Assembly: GCA_002269645.1 (NCBI GenBank)
Contig: NIVC01002850.1
Location: forward strand, 62,001-126,000
Origin: Macrostomum lignano
Taxonomy: Eukaryota
DNA: 64,000 bases
Direction: 5' to 3'
Positions 35,585-47,475 of this stretch are shown in pieces. The notes beneath the pieces are model-generated. The model did no database searches, was not told where the DNA came from, and worked only from the letters and a program-made list of their open reading frames with translations. Numbering within the stretch: the stretch's first letter is position 1; each line of letters opens with the position of its first letter. The translations under genes were made by a program, and so were the position numbers.

Positions 35585-38500
35585 AAATTGATTCTAAATT
35601 ACCAATTATTAATATTGCCAGTATAGTTTTATGAGCTGCCAGGTTTGTCTAAACCAACTGAAATTTAGTATATCTAAACGGTAAACAACCGATCGCCGTA
35701 GTTTTAACCATAATTTCCCACGTTGCAATAGAACATGCAATAACAATAACTCTTTAAAGTGGACATAAGTGTTATTAAATCGAAAATTTCATAAATTTTC
35801 TCAGCTAATGAGTTAATTGCCTGTTTTTAAAATGACATAGTGATCAAAATCAACATAAGAATTTCCGCGATTGCAATAGAATTGTATTTAAAGTTATTGT
35901 ATACGAAAACTCTGACAAGGCAAAATACTTTTTCTGTTGAAGCTTTGCAATAGATAAATTATTTTCAGCAAATTATAGACTAGAAATTTAATAAAACTAA
36001 TTTCAGTTCCTTGACACAATCGTTTATTTGCAATATTTTTAACTTGTTTTGTTATAGTTGGAAGTAAATTAGTTTTTCTGATTTCATAGAAAAATTAAAG
36101 CGCTCTATAATCAATATCTACCGAACTACTACAATAAATCAAATATTTCCTATTTATTAGCTAAATTAATTATACCAATCTGAGCAAAAAAAACACTAAA
36201 TAACGGAGAAATAAAATTTTGCGTCTAACTCTAATATAACACGCATACACGTCATATATAATTCTTATTTTAGTTCAAGCCTTCTTAATTCGTTAATTAA
36301 TAAAATCCACGACAAACAAGAATTAATAATACTAACAATAACCCCTAACGAAACCAAATTTTACCTCGAAACGCATTTAAGTTAACGATTTTCAGACTAA
36401 TTGTTGCTATGATAGGTTTCGGCCTTTTCGGCCCCATTCGGGAAGCCTTCGGGCCTCAGGTCTTAGAAATAAATCAATTAGAGTCCTGGCCCCCCACTCC
36501 TGTCAGATGGTCAGCCCCATGGTAGCTTGATCTGTGGCGAGCAGTCTAGGTTCTAAAGCTAAGAGAGGGACAGCGAGAGACAAGCAGGGAGAATTTTGAA
36601 GATAGAGATCAGCTAATCCGCAGATTAACTAACCCGCTGCCACCAGCCCGTGCGTCCTGGCTCACCACACCGGGACTCTCGAAATCGGGCTTCCGACTAG
36701 AAGGGGGCTTGCACTACCTGCCAACTAGTGTCTTTTTGCTGTCAATCTCGAAGTCCTAGCCGGTGATAAGGGACACTGCTGGGACTAGATCGCATTGGCC
36801 ATGCAGGTACAGAGGGGACTTGTGCAGGGGATTCTTGCAGTGGCGAGACTATGGGGTAGCTACATGTACTATTACATTGCTAAATACGAAGAATTGTACT
36901 TTTGGCCTTCAACGCACAAATCAGCCTCTCGTAGCACTGATGATAGACTAACTCGAACCTCAGAGACCGCATGATTCATTACCCGAGCCGCTTGGCGAAC
37001 CTAGGGTGCACAGAGTACACCTCTAGCGCCGGTTTCGCACTATTGGCAATTTCGCTAACTGATTCGATAGATTGATCGACTGAGAACTGCTTTGCCATTG
37101 GTCCACTGTGACCGGCGCCTACTAGCTTAGCTACTCATCTGAGTCATCGGCAAACAAAAAAATAAAACCGATTAAAATAACCTTCTCCTTAGATAACTTC
37201 ACACTTCAGATTGAATTGGAACAATCAGACTACTAGCAGTATTATTGAATGATTTCTGGCTCAATAACAGCACTGCTGAACAAAATGAGCAAAAGTGTGC
37301 GCCTAATCCAGCTACTGAAACAGGGGACAGGTAAGGGATCACCCAATCAAGCAAGTCTAGGTAGCCTCTCACCCAACCAATCAGAAACTCAACAGCTGGA
37401 GACCAGGAAATCCACAGTGACCGAATCGGCTTAGTGCTTCGCAGCTGTAGACTCGGGATGATGCTGATGTCACAACCTTCGCAGATAGCTATCAGGTGAT
37501 GCTCTTAACCTTGATGTTCGCTGCTGACGACCGGGGCGATTCGTCCTTGATGATGATGGGGGGAGTCGTGATCCGGGGATCAAGAGACGACGGTCGAGCT
37601 CCGGGAGGTCTAAGTTAGGCCAAAGTCCCAGGAGGCGGGCGGAGCAGGAGGTTGAGTCCGAGCGGGCCAAAAACACCGGTTTAAATAGCCGCCAACTGGA
37701 CCGCAATTTGTTATAATGGAACACCTCGACGCTGATTGGCTGAGCCGATTTTTTATAACGCACGTAGAATTTTCTGATTGGCTGAGCTTGTTGCCACCCA
37801 AACTCACGTGACCAGAAGATCCTATCAGTTTCCTCGGGGTCATAGAAATACGACAGGTGCGGTCATAAATCACTCAAAATCGCTACATTGATTTATGACC
37901 TTTCGCATAGCAATGACAAAAATTAATGAAAAAATATACATTAGAAAGCTCTTACTATTAAGTAACTATTCAGTAGAAAGTGAAGAAATCGCTAATCGCT
38001 AATTCCAACGTACTTTTAGGGGTAAAACGTTTAGTTTTCAAAGCTGTCACACGCTTGAGCAAACACGAACAATAGGTCCTGACCTCATAAATCTTGATGG
38101 CCTGTCAAAATGATGAGAAAAAAGCTACCGCCCGCATCCTCTCAGACCATCTGGCGCCAGTCTCAGTATTGAGTGAGGCGCAGGTGGCTGTCAGACCAGC
38201 TCGAAAGCAATGATTTATGACCCAAAAGCCGCACCTATGTTATTATAACTACAAGTATGGCAAAATCATATAACTATTATGAATTCTAGGAAAATTACAT
38301 AAAGAGAAGTAAAAATGCACATAGCCTGTTGTTAGTAGGCTAGTAAGTTTGGAGCCCATGTGCGAACGTGAAGTTTGGAAAAAGTGCGTCCTCATCAGCT
38401 ATATTAATTTGGCATGGCACACAAACACCTGAACTTTATTATCAGCGCCACACTAACTTATTCTGTTCCTTAACTACTACTACATACACCAGCTAAGTAG

Positions 38501-39044
38501 CAAATCAGGGATATAAAATTATTTATTACAGCTTTGCTACACGAGTACTGATTTTACTGTAGCAATTCACGAAAAATAGATCAGCTAAAAGACAGGTCAG
38601 ATTAAAGAAAAGTTGCAATAGCCCGAAGGGCAAGCTTATATGGGCATGCGATATCTTCTTTGATTGATCTGCAGTCACTATCTAATCGGAAGTGAGCTGC
38701 AGTCTGCATGCATGCTTGGCATAGCTTGGTGACTAGCCAGATGACTTAGCATGCATATCGATCGACAAAATGAGAGTGCAGGAGAGAAAACGATTCTCGG
38801 TTTTTTTGACGACTCTCCATCATCTACAATATTGTACGCAATGATTTATATTAGCTAAGATCTCTTTGCTTCTTTGTGCTTCTTTTGACTTCGAAGTTGT
38901 TATAGATACTCGCTGCAGTGCATACCCCGCCATGGTAATATCTAAATCCTGTAACCATGCATATACTTGTTGAATCTTCTCACACTTCCTGAAGTCATCA
39001 CGCCGCCCTAAAGTTTTCAAAACTCCCTTCGTGAAGTCATCAAA

Positions 39045-39665
39045 CCTCTCTGAAGTCATCAAACCTCTCTGAAGTCATCAAACCTCTCTGAAGTCATCAA
39101 ACCTCTCTGAAGTCATCAAACCTCTCTGAAGTCATCAAACCTCTCTGAAGTCATCAAACCTCTCTGAAGTCATCAAACCTCTCTGAAGTCATCAAACCTC
39201 TCTGAAGTCATCAAACCTCTCTGAAGTCATCAAACCTCTCTGAAGTCATCAAACCTCTCTGAAGTCATCAAACCTCTCTGAAGTCATCAAACCTCTCTGA
39301 AGTCATCAAACCTCTCTGAAGTCATCAAACCTCTCTGAAGTCATCAAACCTCTCTGAAGTCATCAAATCTCTTTGAAGTCATCAAACCTCTTTGAAGTCA
39401 TCAAATCTCTCTGAAGTCATCAAACCTCTCTGAAGTCATCAAACCTCTCTGAAGTTATCACACTTCCCTGAAGTCATCAAGCCTCTCTGAAGTCATCAAA
39501 CCTCTCTGAAGTCATCAAACCTCTCTGAAGTCATCAAACCTCTCTGAAGTCATCAAACCTCTCTGAAGTCATCAAACCTCTCTGAAGTCATCCCACCTCC
39601 CTGAAGTTATCACACTTCCCTGAAGTCATCACACCTCCCTGAAGTCATCACGTCTTCCTGAAGTC
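39045..39665. repeat. Minisatellite, 19 bp unit (aaacctctctgaagtcatc)
   Basis: About 30 near-perfect tandem copies. Confidence 0.96.
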
Positions 39666-40210
39666 ATGGGTCATGGAAATTCCTAAAAAGTTTTCAGATC
39701 TTTCAGCACTCTTCCTGAAGTTATATTTATCGCATCATGCACACAACTCGTACCTAATATAAATAAACTTGCTCAACATTTTGTTGTTGCTTTTACAAGC
39801 TTCCAGACTAGAACCCAAATAACTATATTCTCTATACCGCAGACATCTGCCCATTGCATATCAATGAGCAGTCTCTCTCCCCTTGGGAGACTTTGGTTTG
39901 ACCAGCCAATCACCCAACCAAAACCGCTTCCTTACAATGTCTGTCGCTCTCTCTTTCTCTCTCTCCCTCTCGATCTCCTTTTTTACCCCACTCAGTCTCT
40001 CCTTTGAGTCTTTTCCTACTTTCACTTGGCTCGCTTTCGCAAGCGCAGAATTGCTTTTATAGTTCAGAGTTGTAGATTGTTTCCTTGCTAAATTGAATTT
40101 GGAAGCACTTAAAAAGCGGCAAAGAAGATTCTTAACTTGCTAATAAAACCGACACAAGCACTGAACGTTTTTGTGGTGAGTTTGTATCTTAATGTGTTTT
40201 GGGTAGCCAT

Positions 40211-40745
40211 TTTTTTATTAGAGGCCGGGGCTTTCTGCAGCCTAGTGCACGTTGAGCGGCATTGTCACACAACCGGCGGGATCGCATCGGCGAGGCCGGT
40301 CTGTAGACACAGCGGCGAGGCAAGCGTCGCCCATTCCGCTAATCGCTGAGAAGCCCCCATAGGCTAGGGCGCGGGGCCGGTCAGGGAGGTCTGCCGGTCC
40401 TGTCTGCAGTGTTGTCTTCGGTGGGTAAGACGGAGGTTCCGGAGGTGGCCCGGAGGAAGCGGGTGAGCCGTGGGATGTTTTCGGGTCTGCAGGCGTCGTT
40501 TAGGGACGGGTTGGGCCCGAGGTATTTGAGCCGGTCTCGGTTGAAGCCCGGGCAATGGCAGACGAAGTGCTTAGCGTCCTCGGTCTCGAGGTTGCAGAAG
40601 GGGGAGAGTTCGCTCCTGCAGTGGTCGCCTTGGAGGAAACAATGCTTGGAAAAGCAACAGGGACCTGTGAAGATCATAGTGAGAGCGCGGATACCTTTTA
40701 GATTCTGGTGCCCCCGAACCTCAGAGGGAAGAGCAGCTCTGCGAA
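40211..40745 (-). mobile_element. 5'-truncated relic of a LOA/Lian-like LINE (C-terminal zinc finger plus 3' UTR)
   Basis: ORF 40381-40785 (SPFCNLETEDAKHFVCHCPGFNRDRLKYLGPNPSL...PENIPRLTRFLR) is homologous to the C-terminus of the 47476-49926 ORF (CPFCRSGSENAEHFICHCPVFTRARLTHLGPNPVL...PESIPLLARYLR). It ends in an A-rich tail (TAATAAAAAAA on minus). Confidence 0.85.
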
Positions 40746-41549
40746 AAACGCGTTTTGCACCATGTGTGAGCGTACGTAACTTCATGCATGTGTGCTCAGA
40801 GGTCAGTGTAATGCTTAGAATTGCTTGTTATACTGGGCAGCAATGGGAATAGCCGTATTGATTTTCGGCAGTGCCCCGAATTCCCCTGCAATCTGACTGA
40901 CTACCCACGAGGATAAAAATGACACTATGTACTACTGACCTTACAATAAACTTTTATAAACGTACAGAAAGCACTCTACTGGTTGCCGCAACAGTACCTT
41001 AGATGGGTGTTGTCCTTAGTTCTTTTGATAGTTTTGATTTTCTAGGATTTTATCTAAGAAATGGGTGCCTCTCGCCTAAATCTTGATTCTGGTTTCATCA
41101 TTTTCTTGTTGCAGTAGAAAATTCATTTCCGATTCATGAGAAAGTCGAGTTTTGGACTCGACTGGCTCTTATTCATTATACTCTAGTCTATACTTATTAT
41201 ACTCTAGTATTTACATAAGTGTATGTAGTATTACATAGTACTTATGTAATATATATAGTATGTAATATATAGTATAGTGTAATATATATATAGTATTTTA
41301 GTATGCTGTATTATACTCTCTAGACAGAGTTTGGGTGGCCAAGCGTTCGATGCTGCTGTGGACCGAGGTCCCCCATTGGCGTTAAGGCTATTTTACAAAC
41401 TCAATATTGCATATGCTTGAAACTAATAATATATTGTCCTTTCCTCTTTTCTAGTCTCTCATTCTCTCCTTCTCTGACAATTTTTAAGTATATAACGCAA
41501 TTTCTTATAATATGGCGTCATTTCTGGTAGTCTCATCTAATCTTCTCTC

Positions 41550-41825
41550 CTCTCCGCTCCAATCCTCTCCTCTCCCCTGTCTTCTTCTCTCATTTCCTCT
41601 CCTCTCATCTCCCCTCTCCTCTCCTCTCCTCTCCTCTCCTCTCCTCTCCTCTCCTCTCCTCTCCTCTCCTCTCCTCTCCTCTCCTCTCCTCTCCTCTCCT
41701 CTCCTCTCCTCTCCTCTCCTCTCCCTTCTCTCCCTTCTCTTCTCTCCTCTTCTCTCCCTTCTCTCCTCTCCCCTCTCTTCTCATCTCCTCTCCTCTCCTC
41801 TCCTCTTCCCTCTCCTCTCCTCTTC
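41550..41825. repeat. (CTCTC)n microsatellite
   Basis: Pentamer run seen directly. Confidence 0.95.
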
Positions 41826-43069
41826 TCTCTTTACAGTTAGTTACAGAGCACTTAGTATATTAATTTATTAAAAACTGTCATTCATTCCGGACTTTATATT
41901 TACAGAACATCGGCTTAGAGCACATATTGCGGATTGTTACATTGTCTAATCCTGTGCCAGACTGTCTCTACCCAGCAAAAGGTCTTGATTTGTTTGAGTG
42001 GCAGCGGATTAATATTCACACGGGCTGTAAAAAAACTAAAGTATGAAAAAATGTATGTCTGTCTATAATATCGTGAGGTCAGGAATCAGAGAAATAGAAT
42101 TTCAAAAGTATTTTGCCTAAAACTCTTTCCTGGCGAAGTTAGCTCCCGATTTTCGGCGATGAAATGAATGATCGGCCATCAGATGAACTAAGATTGTTGT
42201 CAGCATTCATTCTATAGCATCCATGATGTATGCATGGCGTAATTTCCACTAGTCTAAGCGCCATTTCTAATAGTCTAAGCGCCACTACTAGAAGTTTAAG
42301 AGCTACTTCGAATAGTGTAAGCTGTAGAAAAAACAATTACAATAATAACTTATCGATGTGTACATACATGTAAGCTCGCATGTACGGTTGATTTGCGTTA
42401 TGTGGCATTCAGCTAGTTATCGAATGGCGCTCACGCAGAGAGCCCCGGCTAGCCAAATAATTATTTTGATGGACCGACAGACCGTCGATAAGGCGAGAGA
42501 TAACACGGCTAAAATTGGCCCGCCACCGTCCCTAATTAGCTTTAATGGCTACTGCGAGAGCTGAGCTCAGCTGATGCGAACACACAACGCGCGGGCGATA
42601 ATGGACAAAGTGGGTATAAATATTACGCTCGTAGGATACCTACAGCATGCTATCTTTTGCGCTCTAATTTTTAACGAATCTTGGGAAACCTGGATAAAAA
42701 GAAGACTTGTACTTCTCCTCATTTTCTGTGTGCGAAAATTCAGAGCTGTGTGTTTGTGTCTCTCAGTTTATCTCTCTCTCTTGACTGCGACTGGCAGAAA
42801 AAGTCAATAAGTCAGACAGTAAATCGATTTTTTAGGAGTTTTTTTACGAGCTATTTGCTTCGTTGTCTCAGTTTGGCAAAATTATCAATTTTTTTTATTG
42901 AGTTCCTTTAAGCGGATAAAGAAGTAGTTCCTTTTCCGATGTTTAAAAATCATTTTTGTAAACTTTTAAATTCTACTTTGCGAATCCCATGAGCCTAGTA
43001 AAAGAATTCACTGAATTTAAAAATCTGCTCTGTTTAATAATAGATTATTTTCACTTTTTAGTGTATGTA

Positions 43070-43465
43070 GAGCCTCACTCAAAGATAATAGTGCGGAGGG
43101 TAGAAGCCTCACTCAACAATAATATATAGTGCGGAGGGTAGAGAGCCTCACTCAACGATAATATATAGGGCGGAGGGTAGAGAGCCTCACTCAACGATAA
43201 TATATCGAGCGGAGGGTAGAGAGCCTCACTCAACGATAATATATAGAGCGGAGGGTAGAGAGCCTCACTCAACAATAATATAGTGTGGAGGGTAGAGAGC
43301 CTCACTCAACAATAATATATAATGCGGAGGGTAGAGCGCCTCACTTAACAATAATATATAATGCGGAGGGTAGAGAGCCTCACTCAACAATAATATAGTG
43401 CGGAGGGTAGAGAGCCTCACTCAACAATAATATAGTGCGGAGGGTAGACAGCCTCACTCAACAAT
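43070..43465. repeat. Minisatellite, 37-40 bp unit (gagcctcactcaacaataatatatagtgcggagggtaga)
   Basis: About 10 tandem copies. Confidence 0.93.
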
Positions 43466-44226
43466 AGTATAAATTGAATGCTGTAAGCAGGGAGACCTCT
43501 CAAGTATGGAAGACAGAGGGAGTGTATAGTATGCAATATAGAGCTGCTTTGGTCCATTGGCTATGAATACTGCTATAATACGAGCACGCTGCACCCAGAT
43601 AAAAAGTGCCCATCTTGATTGGCGACTGGTTTAGAGAGGACTGCGCTGAGAGAGTGCTAACGAAATTTTCTTTTGCTAGAGTGATCACCGCTTGAAGACC
43701 AGTCAGCCGGTCTCTCCGATCAAGCTTCAGTAGCCGCATAGCAGCATCCCAGGAAAGCAGCTAAATTTGCTATCTCTGCTTTTGCTACTAGGGGTGAAAT
43801 TATAGCTAGTCTACTGTAATCTAACTATATCTCCGGCAGCTTAGTGATGCGTGAGACGGACAGAGAGACAGAAAGCGATGATGAAGCGCCGCGATGAAGG
43901 ATAGGACTCCAGCTATATCTAGGAACTAGCTATTGCTAATATTAGACTAGATGGAGATAAGAAGGCTATTGCAAGAGAGTCTTGAAGGATCGAGTGACAC
44001 AGAGTTGCACTGAGTTGGTATTCTCTGAGGCAAGAGGTGTCAAGCGGTGTGTCCACTCCAGCAGTTGCTGAGCCACTCTCTAAAGTCCTCTCTTCTACAG
44101 ATCTCTCCCCTATCCTCTCTGAAGTCTGCCGGTAACCACTTAAAATCGCCTGATCATATATACTCGTATGCATATTGCACTTCGCGTAGTTACAAAAATT
44201 CGTATCATGTATATATATGTATGTAT

Positions 44227-47200
44227 ACAACAACAACAAACAACAGAGTACGCTGCCAGTTCACAAAAGCAGCGTCAGATGGCGCGCTTCAAAGCTTGGG
44301 CGCGAACAAAAGCCGCACCGCCGGCAGAGTCCGGGGCGCCGGCGTCAGCCAGCAGACAGTCGACGTAGCGCCGAGTCCTCGCCTGTCCCCGCCGGTAGGG
44401 TGCCTGCAACGTAAGCAGCAGCACCTCCTGCACCGGCTCCGGACAGTAGGCCTCGGCGCGGATGACGTGGCCTGCCAGCTGGAGTCGCCGACGGCGCAGC
44501 AGATCGCTAGGACGGGCCAGGCCGGCGCGATGATAGAGCGCCGTGTTGGTGACTCGCTCGTTGCCGATCTTGAAGGCGGCGCGCAGCAGGCCAGCGTGCG
44601 CCGCGTCGACTTGAGCCTCGAGCGAGTCCGTCAGCGTCCAGGTCTCGGCGTTGTATAACAGGACGGTCTCGATCACCGCCTGGAACAGCGCCGCCCTCTG
44701 GCGGTCCGGTAGGGCCTCGGACTGCAGGACTGACCTTATAGAACGAAAGGCAGCCCAAGCAAGTCCTCGGCGACGCCGCAGATTCTCGCGGACGTCGGGA
44801 ACCAGACCGCCGAGGTAGACGAACTGCTGACATCTTGGAAGCTCACTCGCCTGTCCGTCAGCGCCTCGGCAGAAGATTGCAGCCTCGGTGTCGTCCGGCA
44901 CGCATAGCACGACGGTCTTCTGCGTGTTGACCACCAGGCCGACGCTCGCCGCAACGGCAACCAGCCTATCCAGCTGTCGTTGGGCGCCCTCGACGGTCGA
45001 GGACAGCAGGGCGAGGTCATCGGCGTAGCCAAGCACGCTGAGCCGTCTCTCCGGTTGGCGTCGACCCACGCGTCGCCGCAGCAGGAAGCCGTCGTCGTTG
45101 GAAGGCAGAGCAGTCCGTAGCACCCAGTCAAGCACCAGAATAAATAGAAACGGCGCTAGCGTATCTCCCTGGAGCACCCCGGAGGATGTCTCGAAGAAAT
45201 CCGATAGGCCGTCCGGTGTTGAGACAGCAGCCGTCGTGCCGTGGTACAGCGCCATGACAGCAGAAATCAGCAGCTCTGGCACGTTGTACGCACGGAGCAC
45301 CTCTGGGAGCGCGTCCCTCACGACCGAGTCGAAAGCCTTCCTGAAATCGACGAAGATCAGGATCAGGGTCAACTGGCGGATGCGCGCCTCCTCGATGACT
45401 CGTCGAAGAGCCAGGATCTGCGTCACTGTGCCGCGATGGGGCCGGAATCCGTTCTGCTCAGGTCGCAGGTACGGGTCCAGCACAGGCTGTAACCGCGATA
45501 GCAGCATGCGGTTGAACAGCTTCGCGGCGCAGGACTGTAGGCAGATTGGAATGGCGACGATGTGCGCCGTGGTCCATTCGTTTGGCGCCACCTCACCGAA
45601 AAGCACGCGGTTCATCACTCTGGCGACCTCAGTGGCCACGCAGTGGATCCGCAGCGCCTCGGTGGGCACCTCGTCCGGACCAAGCGCTTTGCCGCCCGGC
45701 GTCTGCCGAGCGAACTTCACAACGTCGGCTGTGCTGACTGGGGCAACATTGAAGCTCTCCTCCGCCGGCAACGGCGTCTCCGGCGGCAGCCTCAGATTTT
45801 CTGGAAGCGGAGGGGGCGGCGCGTTGACAATGGCGGCGAAGAACTCGCGCAGCTCGTTCCTGCGCTCATCCGGAGTGTCGCCTGCCAGGTTGAGCGCAAT
45901 GCGCCGCTTTCGCCCCGTCAGAGTGTTGATGGCGGACCAGGCCACGCGCCCTCTGGCATCGGGCCCTGCGGCAGAGACGGCTTGGATGGCGTCATCGACA
46001 GCGGACTGCTGCCGCTGCAGGTAGACAGCCGCCAGAGCCTCCTCCGCCTCGCGAGTTGGCCGCCCACTCAGACGAAGCTTCTCCAGATCTTCCCTCGCTT
46101 CGTCGATCGCGGGGTCGTCCTGCCAGACCGGCTGCCCGCGCTGGGCCGGTCGCATCAGCGGGACTGCTTGCTCCGCAGCGGCTCGAACTGCAGCGCTCAC
46201 CTCCGCGTACTCGGCTCCTCCACGCTTGTCGCCCATCGCAGTGACAAAGGCACCGGCAAAGCGACGTCGCGTCTCGGCGTCTCTGAGCGCGCGGTAGTAG
46301 CGCCGCGGTGGCCGCTTTGGCGGACGGTAGAGCGGGTCCCGAAGCCGAAGGTCGCAGATGAGCAGCCGATGGTCGGACCGCAGAGCCAGCGGCGTAATGG
46401 TGTGGCAGTTGGTGACGCGGCGGCGCTCACGAAAGCGCACAAGCACGTGGTCGAGCTGTGCCAGCCTCCGCGTAGCGTTCCGGCCACGCGCGTTCCGCCG
46501 CCTCCGCTTGCAGCCCACGAAGGTCGCGAGCCTGCCCGGCGACTTGCGGAATCTGGTGTTGGCCGACACCATGTCCTGTCTCTCCAGGAAGTCCTCTAGC
46601 GCTCCGGTGTTGCCGTTCTCGCGCGCTGTCACAAACAGCGATCGCTCGGACCTACGCAGAACTGCGTTCAGGTCTCCGAGAATGACCACTGTGTCACGTT
46701 GCGCCATCTCCTCCACCCGCACCGAGAGTTGCTCGAAGAAGGCCTGAGCCTCATCGGAGCGGGTAGCAGGCGGCGCATACGCGCAGAACAGGCGGGTGTT
46801 CCGGCCGCGAAGCCGGACGTCGACCCGAAGCAGCCGAGAAGACAGGGAGATGCAGCGACAGCTCTGCTGCAGCCTCGGTCCGATCAGCGCTCCAACTCCT
46901 CCACGGCCTCGCTCATCCGCTGAGGTGTACCAGAGTGTCCAACCGGCGCCCAGGTCCTCACAGTGAAGTCCGGGGTCGGCTCTGATAGACACCTCCTGTA
47001 GTGCGATGACATCACAGCTGAGGTCGAGCGCTAGCCTCGCCAGCAGCCCTCTCCGCCATGTGGCCTTGAGAGTGCGGCAGTTCAGCGTCCCGACCCGAAG
47101 CGTGCCCTCTGGTACGGCTGGGGCTCGATGCTGGTGAGCCTCATGGTCCCCGGCGCCACCCGGAAGATCCAATTGGGCCAGCGCAGCAGCAGCTCGGCGG

Positions 47201-47360
47201 GCGGCGCCACGTTGCCGACCTCGCCAGTTTCGCTCGCGACGGCGTTCAACTCGCCGACGCGCGCTCCGCTGCCCTCGCTTGGTCCTGCCGCATTTGGCCG
47301 CCGCAGCAGTTAAGCGCGGCTCTCCACTCTCACCACGAGGAGGTAGCGGCATTTATCTGC
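44227..47360 (-). mobile_element. RTE-like non-LTR retrotransposon (single APE+RT ORF), 5' end interrupted
   Basis: ORF 44275-47352: APE (TLNCRTL, LQEV, AYAP, GDLNA, SDH) and RT (QNGFR, VDFRKAFDSV, GVLQGDTLAPFLF, YADD). Short 3' UTR hairpin ACGCUGC/GCAGCGU and a (TTG)n tail at 44227-44245. Its 5'-most sequence lies at 53173-~53210. Confidence 0.92.
47286..47351 (-). ncRNA. HDV-like self-cleaving ribozyme core at the RTE 5' end (P1 5' strand and J1/2 displaced to 53173-53209)
   Basis: P2 UGCCGC(47351-46)/GCGGCA(47291-86); P3 ACC/GGU; L3 UCCUCGU; P1.1 CC/GG(47325-24); P4 GCCGC..GCGGC; J4/2 C(47296)AAA-U. Order and spacing match the HDV fold. Confidence 0.72.
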
Positions 47361-47475
47361 TTGACTTACTTGACTTAGCTGCAGGGGGCGTCCGGCGGAT
47401 GCAGCGAGGAGGCGGAGGAGACCGCCCATTCCGCTAGCCCCTGGCGACCAACGACTTCCGTTGAAGTGGTGTCGC

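Noticed and set aside
36405-36465. Hammerhead-like segment (minus GGCCGAAAAGGCCGAAAC)
   Set aside because: The stem II and GAAAC look right, but there is no CUGANGA core and stems I and III do not form.
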